A DNA stretch of 64,000 bases from Rebecca billardiae RCC1528 (lineage: Eukaryota > Protista > Haptophyta): assembly GCA_965240325.2 (NCBI GenBank), contig OZ251234.1, positions 1,798,001 through 1,862,000 on the forward strand, read 5' to 3'. The number at the start of each line of letters is the position of its first letter. Position 1 is the first letter of the stretch. A program made the position numbers and the translations under genes. Positions 48,876 to 63,200 of this stretch are shown in pieces. Below the pieces are notes generated by a model that was not told the DNA's origin, ran no database searches, and was given only the letters and a program-made list of their open reading frames with translations.

Positions 48876-51800
48876 TCAGGCAGCGCCGATCGTGTGCAGC
48901 CAGTGCACGCACACGCCGACCGAGGTGGCGAGGAGCTCGTTGATCGCCTCGCCGGTCGCGCCGCCCTGCGAGAGCAGGCGGTCGACAAGCGCGGGGATGA
49001 GTACGGCGAGGGCGAGGATGATCGGCTCCTCGATGCTGAGCGTCTGCCCCTCGGCCAGCGTCCAGCTGAAGAGGAGGTAGCGCGTGCGCTCGTTTCCAAA
49101 CGCAAAGGCGTACGCCATGCACAGCCACGCGAGCGCGGCGAAGATGGCCCACATGGCCAGCCACGCGAGCGCGAGCCGCGCGCGCGGCGGCGGCGCGAGC
49201 GCGCGCGCGGCGCGGCCCAGCGCGCCGCGCAGCCCGAGCTGCGCGCGCGCCGCCTTGAGCGCCTCCTCCGCCACCATCTCGTCGTACCAGTCGACAAGCT
49301 CGGTGAAGGAGATCGCACCGTCGCCGTCCGCGTCGAGCTCGCGCGCGAGCGCGCGCACGCGGCGGGCGCGGAGCCGGAAGCCGAGGGAGTCGAGCAGCGC
49401 GGCGAACTCGGCCTCGTCGACGAAGCCGTTCCCATCCTCGTCGAACACGGCGAACTTGTGCCGGAGCAGCTCGATCGTCAGCGGGTCGAGGTTGTGGCCG
49501 GCGGTCGGCTGCAGAGACGACACGACTCCCAGCGGCATCGGCGCGGCGGCGGCGGGGGCCGAGGCGGCGGCGGCGGGGCGGACGGCGAGGGGCGGGATGG
49601 TCGGAGGCGCGGCGGCCGGCGCGGCCACCACCAAGCTGGCGGGTGCTGGCTGCGCCGGCTTGGTGGGCATCGGCGGGCTCGACGGGGGCGAGAGTGCCGG
49701 TGTGCCGTTGCGCGGGGCGCGCGCGTGTTGCGCGGCCGCGCCGCGCGCCGCGCCTGGCTTGCGCGGTCCATCCCGCGTGCGCTCCTCGCCCTCTCCCTCG
49801 GTGTCCTCACCACTCGCGGGCGCGTCGAGCTCCGGCGCGAGGCGCGGCGACATGGCGGGGCGGTGCTGCTCCGCCGAGCGCGCTGCGCCACCCGCCTTGC
49901 CCCGCGAGCCCGGGCGGCGCTCGCCGGCGGGGCCATCCGGAGTGAGCGCAGGCGGAGTCGGCGGCAGCGCGGAGCGCGCGTCTCCGTCCTCGTCCGAGAG
50001 CTCGTCGTCCGCGGCGACGATGGTGAGGCTCGCCGCCACGATCGCCCCGGGCGAGGGCGAGTCGGGCGCGTGCAGCTCGGGCGGCGAGCGGATGGGCTGC
50101 TCCGACGACACGCTGGCGTCGGCCGCAGCCGATCGCTGAGCGTCAGGCGCAACGCGTGGGCGCACGCCCGCGGAGCTGACGGGAGTCACGTCGTGCCTCG
50201 CGTCGGCGCGCTTGGCGGCGGGGCCGAGGCCGCCAACGGCCCTCGGCACCGCCACCCCGCGGGGGGGCACGGGCTCGGCCGCCCCAGGCTGCACCCCGTC
50301 CTCCCCGGCGCGGGCCGTCCCCACGCTGTCGCTCGCGCGTGCGCCGCTCGCACTACCGGACGCTGATGCCGCCGGCAGCGGCGCGGCCGGTGCGCGATCG
50401 AACCGACGCCAAGGCGCGCGGCCTTCGCGCTCGAGCGGCGTGACCGGCGCGGCGAGCGACTCCGAGGAGAACCGGCTGGAGCCGCGGCTGAACCGCGAGC
50501 CCGGCGCCGAGCCCGAGCTCGAGCCGGACCCTGGCCGGCCCGCCGTCGCCGCAGCCGTGTGCAGCGGAAGAGTCTGTCCGCGTGAGCGCCGAGCGTGCTC
50601 GCACGCCGCGCCGGGCTCGTCAGCGGAGACTCCGTCGCCCTCGGCGGAGACGAGCACCGCCGGCGCCGGCGACGCCGGCGTCGAGGGCGGCGCGCCGTCC
50701 GCCGGGGGCGCGCCCAGAGCCGGCGCGCGCGGCTCGTTCGGCCCAGCCGCTGAGGCCGGGGCGACCTCGGGTGGCGGGGCGGCCGCCGCGGCGGCGCCCG
50801 GCGCGGCGGCCGCCGCGGGCGCGTCCGCGGCCGCGGGCGCGCCGGTGCCGAGGCCTGCCAGCTCGCCCTGCAGCCACGAGCCGCCGTGTCGCCGGTCAGA
50901 GAACTTCCTCCGCAGCGCGAACGAGCTCGAGCGCGACGAGGCGCGCGAGCTCTCGAGCTGCGCGAGCGCGCCCGCCATCCCCCTCCGCACCGAGAGCGCA
51001 AAGGGTGCGCGCTCATGACTCCGCTCCTTCAGCTCCGCTTGGAGGAACGCGGCGAAGACGCGCTTCGAGAGCGGCGCGGCGCGGCGGCCGTAGCCCCAGC
51101 GGAAGATCGCGCGGAACAGCGCGAGCGCGGGCGCGGTGAGCGCGGCGGTGAGCAGCGCCGTCAGCACCGCGTGCGTCAGGTTGAGCTGCGCCGCCGCGCT
51201 GCCCTCCGACGACGCCGACGGCGACGCCGACAAAGACGCGTCCTCGTCCGTGCCGTCGTCGAATAGCATGCACGTGATGAGCAGGCCGAGCATCGCGATG
51301 GACCAGAAGGACTGGGCGAGCTCGGCGCGCTTGGCCTCCTCCGGGTCGGCGAACACGATGCCGAGCAGCGAGTGCTCGCTCTGCAGCTTGAGCAGCACGC
51401 GCCGCAGCAGCGACGTGAGAGCGTGGTCTGTTGAGCGGTCCGCGCGCCGCGGCGCCGCGGCGGGCGGCGCGGGCAGCTCGGCCACCGCCGCGCGCGCGCG
51501 CCGGCCGCGCGCGATGCGCTGCAGCACGGCCGCGGCCTCGTGCCGCTTCTCCAGGACGTAGTCGTCGAGCGCGTCCAGCCGCTCCTCGAGGCGCTCGGCG
51601 AGATCGGGCGGCAGGAGCGGCGGCGGCGGCGGGGGCGTCAGCGCCCGCGGCGCCGGTGCGCGCCCCTGCTCGCCGCCGCCGCCGCCGAGGGGACTCGGCA
51701 GCTCGGCGGCGGGCGCGGGGCTGACGGGCGCGGCGGGCGCGCGCCTGACGCCGCGAGCGCCCGCCATGATGAGCGCGAGCGTGGGCGCCGCCCCATCGCC

Positions 51801-54800
51801 AGCCGCGCCTGCCGCCTGCCGCCGATCGCGCGCCCGCGTGACCGCCAACGCCGCGGCCTCAGCTGCCACATACGGCGGCGGGGCAGGCTTCGACCGGGCG
51901 AACGAGCCGGGTGCGCTCGTGGCGCCGCCGCCGCCGCAACTCATCTCTGCGCGCTTGGCCACGCGCGCGCGCGCGCGCTCGGCAGCCTGCTCAGCCTCGC
52001 GCTTCGCCATGCGCTCCATCGCGCGCTCGGTCGAGCGGTGCGCCGCCTCCGCCGCCTCGCGCCTCCGCGCGCGCTCCGCCTTCTCCGCCGCCGCGCCGCC
52101 GCCGCCGCTGGCTCTGCCGCCGCCGCCCGTGAGCGCGGCGGCGACACTGGCGAACGAGGAGCCGCGCGAGACCGCCGCTCGCGCGGCGCCGAGGACTGAG
52201 CTCCCACCGGCGGAGTCGACCGAGTCCGAGCACGCCGAGTCCGAGCGAGCGGTGACAGTGCTCGCCTCCGCGCCGGCCTTTGAGTGACGCTTCACGTCTC
52301 CGAGCGTCGGCTGCAGCCGCGCGCTGAGCGCCTCGACGCGCGCGCGGCGGCGGCGCGTGTCGCGCACGTCGAGCGCGCCGAGCGCCGCCACGCTGAGCAC
52401 GCACGCGCCGCTCAGCGAGAGCACCGCCGCGAAGATCCAGGCGTTCGCCGCTACCTCCTCGGGCGTCGCCGAGAGCGGGCGCGACGCCTCCGCGGCGCTG
52501 AGCGTGTTCAGTTGGAAGGACTGGGCGTCCTGCCGCGCCTCGTCCGCCGAGGTGGGGACGCTCACGCCGGCGAAGTCGGTGAGGTGGTCGCACGCGCAGT
52601 AGTGCAGCGCCGGGTCCGCGCCCTCCACCGCCGAGCAGCCCGCGCCGTCCCACGCGCGCATGCTCTCGTCCCAAAAGACGCAGCCGCGCGACACGGTCGC
52701 CAACGACCGCTGCGCCGGCTGTGCGGCCGAGGGCGCGCCGAGCAAGCTCGGGATGGCAAGAAGGACGGGGAGGCCGAGCTCGCGCACGCGCAGCTCGGCG
52801 CCGTCGGCGTAGAGCGTGACGGAGAACACGGGCGTGCTCAGCCCGCTCGCGCCCGCGCCCGCCGCCGCGCCCTCGGCCGAGCTGTTCTGTCCGCGCACGT
52901 TGCGCGCGGTCGACCAGAGAACAACGTCGACGGCTGCGTCGGGCGCGACGGGTGATGGCAGCGAGGAGAGGATGGTGGGTGGGAGGTCGACCGCGCCGGC
53001 GCCGCCCGGGCCGCGCAGCGTCACGTTGCGCAGCTCGGCCGCGCCCGCGCGCAGCGCGCTCACATTCACGCTGCCGCTGCTAGCTGCCAGCTCGGCGCGC
53101 GCCTCGCCCGCCACAGCGCCGGCTAGGAGCGCAAGGCCCAGGGAAGACGCCGCGTCAGCCGCAGCGGCTCCGATGGCCTCCGCCTGAGCGGGCGCGAGCT
53201 CGGTCTCCGGCGCGGAGAGCGCGGCGTCCACCGCCTCCAGCAGCGCGCGCGCCGTGCCGCTGTCCAAGCCCTCCGACACCGACTGCGCAGCGAGCGCCGC
53301 CGCCTGCGCCGCCGCCCCCTGCTGCGCGCGCGCGCCGAGCGCGGCTGGTGGCACGCTGCGCAGCACGCTGCTGAGGGTCGACGCCGCGAGCGCGCGGCTC
53401 TCGGGCGTCGACGCGCCCGCGCCCGCCGCCCCGCCCGTCAGCTCGAGCAGCACCTCCGCCGCCGCGCCCAGCTCGCCCACGTCGCCGGACAACGCCGCCT
53501 CCGAGTCCGGCAGCTCGGCTGCCAGCGCCGCAAGCAGCTGGTTGGCCGTGTCACCGTGTCCGGTTGCGACGGCGACGCGCGCGCGCGCGAGCGCGGAGGC
53601 GAGCGCGGGCGCGCCGAGCGGCGCGGCGGGGGCTCGCACGTGCAGCGGCCCGGACTCGGCGCGCGACACCGCGCCGAGGGCATCCCGGACGAGCACCACG
53701 ACCGTGCGGTTGCCCGCCGGCAGCAGTGCGCTCGCGGATGGCGCGGCGCGCGCGGCGCCGAGCGCGAGCGGCGGGTTGGGAGGCGCGGCGCCGTCGGCGC
53801 CGGCGCGGCTGTGCGCGAAGGCGTAGCTGAGCGGCAGGTCCTCCGCGTCGTCCGTCCAGCCGGGCGCGCGCAGCCCGAACACCGTCTCCAGCGCGACGCC
53901 GCCGCCGGCCGGCGAGATTGCAATCTCGCCGCCGTACGGCGGGCGGTTGATACTGACGCTTACCTCACCATAGGCTTGGGCGGGTGCGGCACCGGCGGCG
54001 TCGAGGCGCGTGACGGCGAGGCGGAAGGAGTAGCGCGCGCCGGGCGTGAGTACGCCCGAGCGCAGCGCGAGCGCGGGCCCCGCCGCGCCCGTCGTCGTCA
54101 CGCCCTGCGCGTCGGCCAGGTCGAGCGCCGCGGCCGACTCGGCGCCACCCTCGCCCACAATCGAAGCGGACCATGCAAATTCGTACCGCGCTTCGCCCGA
54201 GGCGCGCGCGGCCTCCGAGTCCGGGTCGAGCCGCGTGACGATCGCGAGGCGCTCGGTGTCCAGCGCCCACGTCGGGTTGTACGCACGCCGCGCCAGCGGC
54301 GCGAACGAGATGGTGGGCAGCCGAGCCGATCCCGCCACCATCTGCACTCGAATCGAGGCGCGCGCGGGCGCGCTCGCGGCCGCGCCGTCCGCGACCGCGC
54401 GCGTGAGAGTGAGAGTGAGCGCGTACCAGCCCGCGCCGAGGTAGCCGGCGGGCAGGGTGAGGAGCGCGGAGGAGCCGTTGCTGTGCGCCGGCGGCAGCGG
54501 CACCTCCGAGCCGTCCGCCTCCGCACGCAGCCCCCACTCGAAGCGCAGCGCAGCGCTCGCGCCCGCGCCCGCTGTCGGCACGTTTGGGTCGAGTGAGGCC
54601 GACGCGTCGACCGACAGCGGCGCGTCGGTGGGCGCGCGCCGGTCGCCGCCCGCGATGACCGCGCGCAGGGGCTGCGGCGGGACGACGACGCGCACCGTCG
54701 CGCTCGCGCGCTGGCTCGGCGCCGCCACCATCGCCGCGCTCAGCTGCATCTCGTAGGCGTGAGACGCGCTCAGCGAGAACGGAGGGAGCAGCACTTCAGA

Positions 54801-56946
54801 CCGGGCCGCGCCCGAGAGGTCCGGGGCTGAGGGCGAGAAGTCCGGGGCGGCGTCGGCGGTGGGCGTGATCGAGAGGAGGCGCCATTCGAACGCGATCGCC
54901 GGCTCGAAGCCAGCCGGCCAGCACGCTGCGAGCTCTGCGCTGCCCTGCAGCAGCAGCGCCGAGGCCGCGCGCGCCACGCGCTCCGGTGGGCCAACAACCT
55001 CGAGCGAAGGCTCGGCGCCGCCCGAGCGCGACACGGCGAATTCGACGGTCTCCGAGGGTACGCCGAGCCACGAGGTGAGGCGGAGCAAGAAGACAAAGTC
55101 GCCGCGCACGCCGAGCGCGTCGGGCCCGAGCGTGAGCACCGCCGTGTCGGCGGGCAGCGCGCTCAGCCGCGCGTTGAGCGACGCGGCGCGCGCCGAGCGG
55201 CTCGGGTCGACGCGCCACTCAAAGGCGGCGGGGCCGATGCCGCCGCGCTCGGAGGAGGAGGCGTCGAGGGTGAGCGACGCGTCCGGGCAGCCGGAGAGGA
55301 GCGACGGGCCCGAGATCACGCCAACGGGCGTGGGGCACGGCGCCTCCTCGCCGCACGGCGCGTCCGCGTCGACGGCCGCCGCCTCTGCCGCCAGAGCATA
55401 GAGCTGCTCAGGCGCTGCGCAGCCGTGCGCGCAGGCCTTGGGCAGCAGCGCGGCCTCACGCACGCGCAGCGCGGCGCCGGGGCGCAGCGTGGTGAGCGCG
55501 TCGAGCTGCGCGACCAGCGTGCTGTCGTCCGCCCAGTAGCAATGCGGCGCCGCGCGGCCGCCGCCGCGCAGCAGGTCGACGCTGCCCTCGTCGAGCACGA
55601 CGCTGCACGGCTGCGCGCCCGACATGCCCGCGCGGTCGGTCGGCTGACCGTCGAAGCGCAGCAGCAGCGCGGTCGCCTCCGCGTTGTAGCGCGCCGAGAG
55701 CAGTCGTGGCGGGTGCAGCCCGACGAACTCGAAGGACACGCCGCCCTCCCCCTCCTCCCCCGCGTCCGCCTCCGCGGGCGTGAACTGCTGCCCGTTGAGC
55801 GACACGCGCACCGCCGCGCGCCCTGCGGCACCATACCGCGTGACCACCTCCACGTGCGAGCCGTTGGCGCGCGCCGGCGCGGAGGCGAGCGCGGCGCCAA
55901 AGGCGACGCGGAGCAGGCTCGGCTCGCCCAGCGCGTCGAGCCCCTCGCCGAACACGTCGACGCGCGTGCCGCCTTCCGCGTCGCCCGACGCAGGCACGAC
56001 CCGCCCCAGGCGCGGCTCGTCGTAATAGGCAAAGTGCGCACCGCCGCCAGCCGTGGTCGAGTGTGCGGTGCCGTTGCCCAGCGAGATCTCGAGGGCGTAC
56101 GACGCGGCCGAGCCGGACGGCGCAGGGGGGAGCGTGCAGCGCGCGCGGCTCGACCCGTCCGCCGCTGGGGCGAGTAGCGTCGCCGGCGCCGCGCAGCCGC
56201 CGCCGCCGCCGCCGCCGGCCAGCACGCAGCACAGCAGCCCGGCGCCGTACTCGGCAAAGCCCGAGCCCAGCACCGTCACCGCCGTGCCGCCGCGCACAGG
56301 CCCGCCGGGCGGGTGCACGGACGCGACCGCCACATCAGTGCCCAGCTCGTACAGCTCGAAGCGAATCGGGCCAAAGAGCGGCTCGACCTGCGCCGCGCCA
56401 CCGCCATCAGCGCCGAGCATGAGGCCGACTGTGAACGCACCGCGCGCGGCGGCTGGTACGGTGCAGACCGCGCGCGTCTCATCCAGCACGCGCGCAGGCG
56501 TGTGGAGCGCTGGCGCGTCGGCCGGAGGCGCGTCGAGCGCGGGCTGGCCTAGTGGCGTGAACGCGCAGTGCACCCCGTCGTCGCTGCCGCCACCGCTGCT
56601 CAGCGTGCCGAAGCCGCCACCGCGGAGCGTGATCTCAGCGGGCTCGCCAGCAGGAGCGCCGGTGGGAGAGGCGCTGAGAAGCATGGCGGTGACGACTGGC
56701 GGCGGCGGCGGCGGCGGCGGCGGCGGGCTGGGTGGCGGCGGGGGAGGCGACGATGAGGGCGGCGCCGAGGGCGGCAGGCTGGGCGGCGAGCTCGGCGGCG
56801 GCGGCGGCGGGAGAGGTGGCAGCTGCGGCGGCGAGCTTGGAGGCGGCATGCGCGGCGGCTGGCTCGGCGGGCTCGGCGGCGCGAACGGCTCCGTGCGCGG
56901 CGGTGGCGGCGGCAGCGGCGGCGAGCTCGGCGGCGGCGGCGGCAGT

Positions 56947-56977
<31 letters not shown>

Positions 56978-57181
56978 GCGAGGGCGGCGCACTTGGCGGT
57001 GTGCTCGGCGGCAGCAGCGGCGGCCCGTGGGGTGGCGACGATGGTGGCGGCATGGGCGGCGGCCGCGGCGGCGAGCTTGGAGGCGGCATGCGCGGCGGCT
57101 GGCTCGGCGGGCTCGGCGGCGCGAACGGCTCCGTGCGCGGCGGTGGCGGCGGCGGCGGCGGCGAGCTCGGCGGCGGCGGCG

Positions 57182-57213
<32 letters not shown>

Positions 57214-60200
57214 GGCGAGGGCGGCGCACTCGGCGGCGGCTGCGGCGGTGGGGCGGACGGCGGCGCCGAGGGCGGCGCACTTGGCGGTGTGCTCGGCGGC
57301 GGCAGCGGCGGCCCGTGGGGTGGCGACGATGGTGGCGGCATGGGCGGCGGCCGCGGCGGCGAGCTTGGAGGCGGCATGCGCGGCGGCTGGCTCGGAGGGC
57401 TCGGCGGCGCGAACGGCTCCGTGCGCGGCGGTGGCGGCGGCGGCGGAGGCTGCGGCGGCATCGACGGCGGAGGGCGTGGCGGCGAGGGTGGCGGGCTAAA
57501 TGACGGCGAGGGCGGCAGTAACATGGGCGGCGGGGACGGCGGGAGTGAAGGCGGCAGAAACGGTGACAGCGAGGGCGGCGTCGATGATGCCGGGCTCGGC
57601 GGCGGGCTCGGCGGCCGCGGCCGCGGCGGCGGGCTCGGCGGCGGGCTTGGCGGTGGTGACGAGGGCGGCACAGGCGGTGAGCTCGGCGGCGGGCTCGGCG
57701 GCGGGCTTGGCGGTGATGACGGTGGCGGCACCGGCGGCGGGCTCGGCGGCGGCGATGGGGGCAACGATGGTGGCGGTGACGGTGGCGGCGCGGGAGGCGG
57801 CAGGCTCGGCGACAGGCTCGGCTGTGGTGACGGCGGCGGCACCGGCGGCGGGCTCGGCGGCGGCGATGGGGGCACCGGTGATGGCGGCGGTGACGGTGGC
57901 GGCGCGGGCAGCGGCGGCACCGGCGGCAGGCTCGGCGGTGGTGACGGCGGCGGCACCGGCGGCGGGCTCGGCGGCGGCGATGGGGGCACCGATGGCGGCG
58001 GTGACGGTGGCGGCGCGGGCGGCGGCGGCACCGGCGGCGGGCTCGGCGGTGGTGGCGGCGGCGGCACTGGCGGCGGGCTCGGCGGTGGTGACGGCGGCGG
58101 CACCGGCGGCGGGCTCGGCGGCGGGCTCGGGGGCGGTGACGGCGGCGGCACCGGCGGCGGGCTCGGCGGCGGCGATGGGGGCACCGATGGCGGCGGTGAC
58201 GGTGGCGGCGCGGGCGGCGGCGGCACTGGCGGCGGACTCGGCGGTGGTGACGGCGGCGGCACCGGCGGCGGGCTCGGCGGCGGCGATGGGGGCACCGATG
58301 GCGGCGGTGACGGTGGCGGCGCGGGCGGCGGCGGCACCGGCGGCGGGCTCGGCGGTGGTGGCGGCGGCGGCACTGGCGGCGGGCTCGGCGGTGGTGACGG
58401 CGGCGGCACCGGCGGCGGGCTCGGCGGCGGCGATGGGGGCACCGATGGTGGCGGTGACGGTGGCGGCGCGGGCGGCGGCGGGCTCGGGGGCGGGCTCGGC
58501 GGTGGTGACGGCGGCGGCACCGGCGGCGGGCTCGGCGGCGGGCTCGGCGGCGGTGACGGCGGCGGCACTGGCGGTGGGCTCGGCGGCGGCGATGGGGGCA
58601 CCGATGGTGGCGGTGACGGTGGCGGCGCGGGCGGCGGCGGGCTCGGTGGCGGGCTCGGCGGTGGTGACGGCGGCTGCACCGGTGGTGGGCTTGGTGGCGG
58701 GCTTGGGGGCGGCGATGGCGGTGGCACTGGCGGCGGGCTTGGCGGCGGCGATGGGGGCACCGATGGCGGCGGTGACGGTGGCGGCGCGGGCGGCGGCGGG
58801 CTCGGTGGCGGGCTCGGCGGTGGTGACGGCGGCGGCATTGGCGGCGGGCTCGGCGGCGGCGATGGGGGCACCGACGGTGGCGGTGACGGTGGCGGCGCGG
58901 GCGGCGGCGGGCTCGGTGGCGGGCTCGGCGGTGGTGACGGCGGCGGCACTGGCGGCGGGCTCGGCGGCGGGCTCGGCGGTGGTGACGGTGGCGGCACTGG
59001 CGGCGGGCTCGGCGGCGGCGATGGGGGCACCGATGGTGGCGGTGACGGTGGCGGCGCGGGCGGCGGCGGGCTCGGTGGCGGGCTCGGCGGTGGTGACGGC
59101 GGCGGCACTGGCGGCGGGCTCGGCGGCGGCGATGGGGGCACCGATGGCGGCGGTGACGGTGGCGGCGCGGGCGGCGGCGGGCTCGGTGGCGGGCTCGGCG
59201 GTGGTGACGGCGGCGGCATTGGCGGCGGGCTTGGCGGCGGCGATGGGGGCACCGACGGTGGCGGTGACGGTGGCGGCGCGGGCGGCGGCGGGCTCGGTGG
59301 CGGGCTCGGCGGTGGGGACGGCGGCGGTACTGGCGGCGGGCTTGGCGGCGGCGATGGGGGCACCGATGGCGGCGGTGACGGTGGCGGCGCGGGCGGCGGC
59401 GGGCTCGGTGGCGGGCTCGGCGGTGGTGACGGCGGAGGCATTGGCGGCGGGCTCGGCGGCGGCGATGGGGGCACCGACGGTGGCGGTGACGGTGGCGGCG
59501 CGGGCGGCGGCGGGCTCGGTGGCGGGCTCGGCGGTGGTGACGGCGGCGGCACCGGCGGCGGGCTCGGCGGTGGGCTCGGCGGCGGTGACGGCGGCGGCAC
59601 TGGCGGTGGGCTCGGCGGCGGCGATGGGGGCACCGATGGCGGCGGTGACGGTGGCGGCGCGGGCGGCGGCGGGCTCGGTGGCGGGCTCGGCGGTGGTGAC
59701 GGCGGAGGCATTGGCGGCGGGCTCGGCGGCGGCGATGGGGGCACCGACGGTGGCGGTGACGGTGGCGGCGCGGGCGGCGGCGGGCTCGGTGGCGGGCTCG
59801 GCGGTGGTGACGGCGGCGGCACCGGCGGCGGGCTCGGCGGTGGGCTCGGCGGCGGTGACGGCGGCGGCACTGGCGGCGGGCTCGGCGGCGGCGATGGGGG
59901 CACCGATGGCGGCGGTGACGGTGGCGGCGCGGGCGGCGGCGGGCTCGGTGGCGGGCTCGGCGGTGGTGACGGCGGCGGCATTGGCGGCGGGCTCGGCGGC
60001 GGCGATGGGGGCACCGACGGTGGCGGTGACGGTGGCGGCGCGGGCGGCGGCGGGCTCGGTGGCGGGCTCGGCGGTGGTGACGGCGGCGGCACTGGCGGCG
60101 GGCTCGGCGGCGGGCTCGGCGGTGGTGACGGTGGCGGCACTGGCGGCGGGCTCGGCGGCGGCGATGGGGGCACCGATGGTGGCGGTGACGGTGGCGGCGC

Positions 60201-63200
60201 GGGTGGCGGCGGGCTCGGCGGCGGGCTCGGCGGTGGTGACGGCGGCGGCACTGGCGGCGGGCTCGGCGGCGGGCTCGGCGGTGGTGACGGTGGCGGCACT
60301 GGCGGCGGGCTCGGCGGCGGCGATGGGGGCACCGATGGTGGCGGTGACGGTGGCGGCGCGGGTGGCGGCGGGCTCGGCGGCGGGCTCGGCGGTGGTGACG
60401 GCGGCGGCACTGGCGGCGGGCTCGGTGGCGGGCTTGGCGGTGGTGACGGCGGCGGCACTGGCGGCGGGCTGGGCGGCAGGCTCGGTGGCGGTGACGGCGG
60501 CGGCACTGGCGGCGGGCTCGGCGGCGGCGATGGGGGCACCGATGGTGGCGGTGACGGTGGCGGCGCGGGTGGCGGCGGGCTCGGCGGCGGGCTCGGCGGT
60601 GGTGACGGCGGCGGCACTGGCGGCGGGCTCGGCGGCGGGCTCGGCGGTGGTGACGGTGGCGGCACTGGCGGCGGGCTCGGCGGCGGGCTCGGCGGTGGTG
60701 ACGGTGGCGGCACTGGCGGCGGGCTCGGCGGCGGCGATGGGGGCACCGATGGTGGCGGTGACGGTGGCGGCGCGGGTGGCGGCGGGCTCGGCGGCGGGCT
60801 CGGCGGTGGTGACGGCGGCGGCACTGGCGGCGGGCTCGGGGGCGGGCTCGGCGGTGGTGACGGTGGCGGCACTGGCGGCGGGCTCGGCGGCGGCGATGGG
60901 GGCACCGATGGTGGCGGTGACGGTGGCGGCGCGGGTGGCGGCGGGCTCGGCGGCGGGCTCGGCGGTGGTGACGGCGGCGGCACTGGCGGCGGGCTCGGTG
61001 GCGGGCTTGGCGGTGGTGACGGCGGCGGCACTGGCGGCGGGCTGGGCGGCAGGCTCGGTGGCGGTGACGGCGGCGGCATTGGCGGCGGGCTTGGCGGCGG
61101 CGATGGGGGCACCGACGGTGGCGGTGACGGTGGCGGCGCGGGTGGCGGCGGGCTCGGCGGCGGGCTCGGCGGTGGTGACGGCGGCGGCACTGGCGGCGGG
61201 CTCGGGGGCGGGCTCGGCGGTGGTGACGGTGGCGGCACTGGCGGCGGGCTCGGCGGCGGCGATGGGGGCACCGATGGTGGCGGTGACGGTGGCGGCGCGG
61301 GTGGCGGCGGGCTCGGCGGCGGGCTCGGCGGTGGTGACGGCGGCGGCACTGGCGGCGGGCTCGGGGGCGGGCTCGGCGGTGGTGACGGTGGCGGCACTGG
61401 CGGCGGGCTCGGCGGCGGCGATGGGGGCACCGATGGTGGCGGTGACGGTGGCGGCGCGGGTGGCGGCGGGCTCGGCGGCGGGCTCGGCGGTGGTGACGGC
61501 GGCGGCACTGGCGGCGGGCTCGGTGGCGGGCTTGGCGGTGGTGACGGCGGCGGCACTGGCGGCGGGCTGGGCGGCAGGCTCGGTGGCGGTGACGGCGGCG
61601 GCACTGGCGGCGGGCTCGGCGGCGGCGATGGGGGCACCGATGGTGGCGGTGACGGTGGCGGCGCGGGCGGCGGCGGGCTCGGTGGCGGGCTCGGCGGTGG
61701 TGACGGCGGCGGCACTGGCGGCGGGCTCGGTGGCGGGCTTGGCGGTGGTGACGGCGGCGGCACTGGCGGCGGGCTGGGCGGCAGGCTCGGTGGCGGTGAC
61801 GGCGGCGGCACTGGCGGCGGGCTCGGCGGCGGCGATGGGGGCACCGATGGTGGCGGTGACGGTGGCGGCGCGGGCGGCGGCGGGCTCGGTGGCGGGCTCG
61901 GCGGTGGTGACGGCGGCGGCACTGGCGGCGGGCTGGGCGGCAGGCTCGGCGGCGGTGACGGCGGCGGCACCGGCGGCGGGCTCGGCGGCGGCGATGGGGG
62001 CACCGATGGTGGCGGTGACGGTGGCGGCGCGGGCGGTGGCGGGCTCGGCGGTGGTGAAGGCGGCGGCACTGGCGGTGGGCTCGGCGGCGGCGACGGCGGC
62101 GGTGATGGCGGCGGGCTCGGTGGCGGCGATGGAGGCGGGCTGGGTGGTGGCAACGGCGGCGGCGGACTGGGCGGTGGTGATGGCGGCGGAGTCGGAGGCG
62201 GCACTGGCGGTGGAGGGCTTGGGGGCGGTGACGGAGGCGGTGAAGGCGGTGGGTCCGGCGGTGGTGAGGGCGGTGGCGAGGGCGGTGGAGTCGGCGGTGG
62301 CGAGGGTGGCGGCGAAGGCGGCGGGCTCGGCGGCGGCGACGGCGGTGGCGACGGTGGCGGGCTCGGTTGCAGCGCCGGTGGTGGTGGACTCGGTGGCGGC
62401 GATGGTGGCGGCGAAGGCGGCGGGCTCGGCGGCGGCGAGGGCGGTGGTGGACTCGGCGGCGGCGACGGCGGCGGCGACGGCGGTGGGCTTGGCGGCGGCG
62501 ACGGCGGCGGTGAAGGTGGCGGGCTCGGTGGTGGTGAGGGCGGCGGTGGACTTGGCGGAGGTGATGGTGGTGGTGAAGGTGGTGGGCTCGGGGGTGGTGA
62601 CGGTGGCGGGGAGGGCGGCGGATTCGGCGGTGTTGGCAGGGGCGGCGGGCTCGGCGGCGGAGAGGGCGGTGGCGACGGTGGTGGGTGCGGTGGCGGGGAC
62701 GGCGGCGGACTCGGCGGCGCCCGCGGCGGTGGGCTCGGTGGCGGTGCGGGGACCGATGCGGCCGGCGGCGGCGACGGCGGGGGGCTCGGCGGCGAGGGGT
62801 AGCCCAGCTCGTAGAAGAAAAGCGCCCCCGCGTCCGACCCGCTATCCCAGTCCTTCGGCGCGCCCGCCAGCACGTGCACCAGCCCGTCCTGCGGCGCCAG
62901 CCCAAAGTCTGACGCCAGCGCCGACCCCATCCACACGCCCACGCCCAGCGTGATGCTCAGCCCGCCCTGCAGGTTGGAGAAGACCTGCTCGCTGGTGACG
63001 AGCCCGGCGGTGGACAGCTTGACCACCACGAACGAACCCGCCTCCCAGTCGCCGTCGTCGCCGCCCGGGAAGCCCAGAGCCACGTCCTTTGTCCCATCCG
63101 TGTTGTTGCCAACAGTCGCCATCGCGTACCCGAAATTGTCAAAGTTACTCAGCGCCAGCGTCAAGCCACCGATGGCGTCGCCGATCTTCTGATAGGCGCT

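Noticed and set aside
56053-62953. Very long alternative ORFs (2249-aa Gly-rich, 1817-aa Ala-rich, 2101-aa Arg-rich)
   Set aside because: These are antisense or off-frame shadows of the stop-free polyproline repeat. Only the Pro frame connects recognisable domains.
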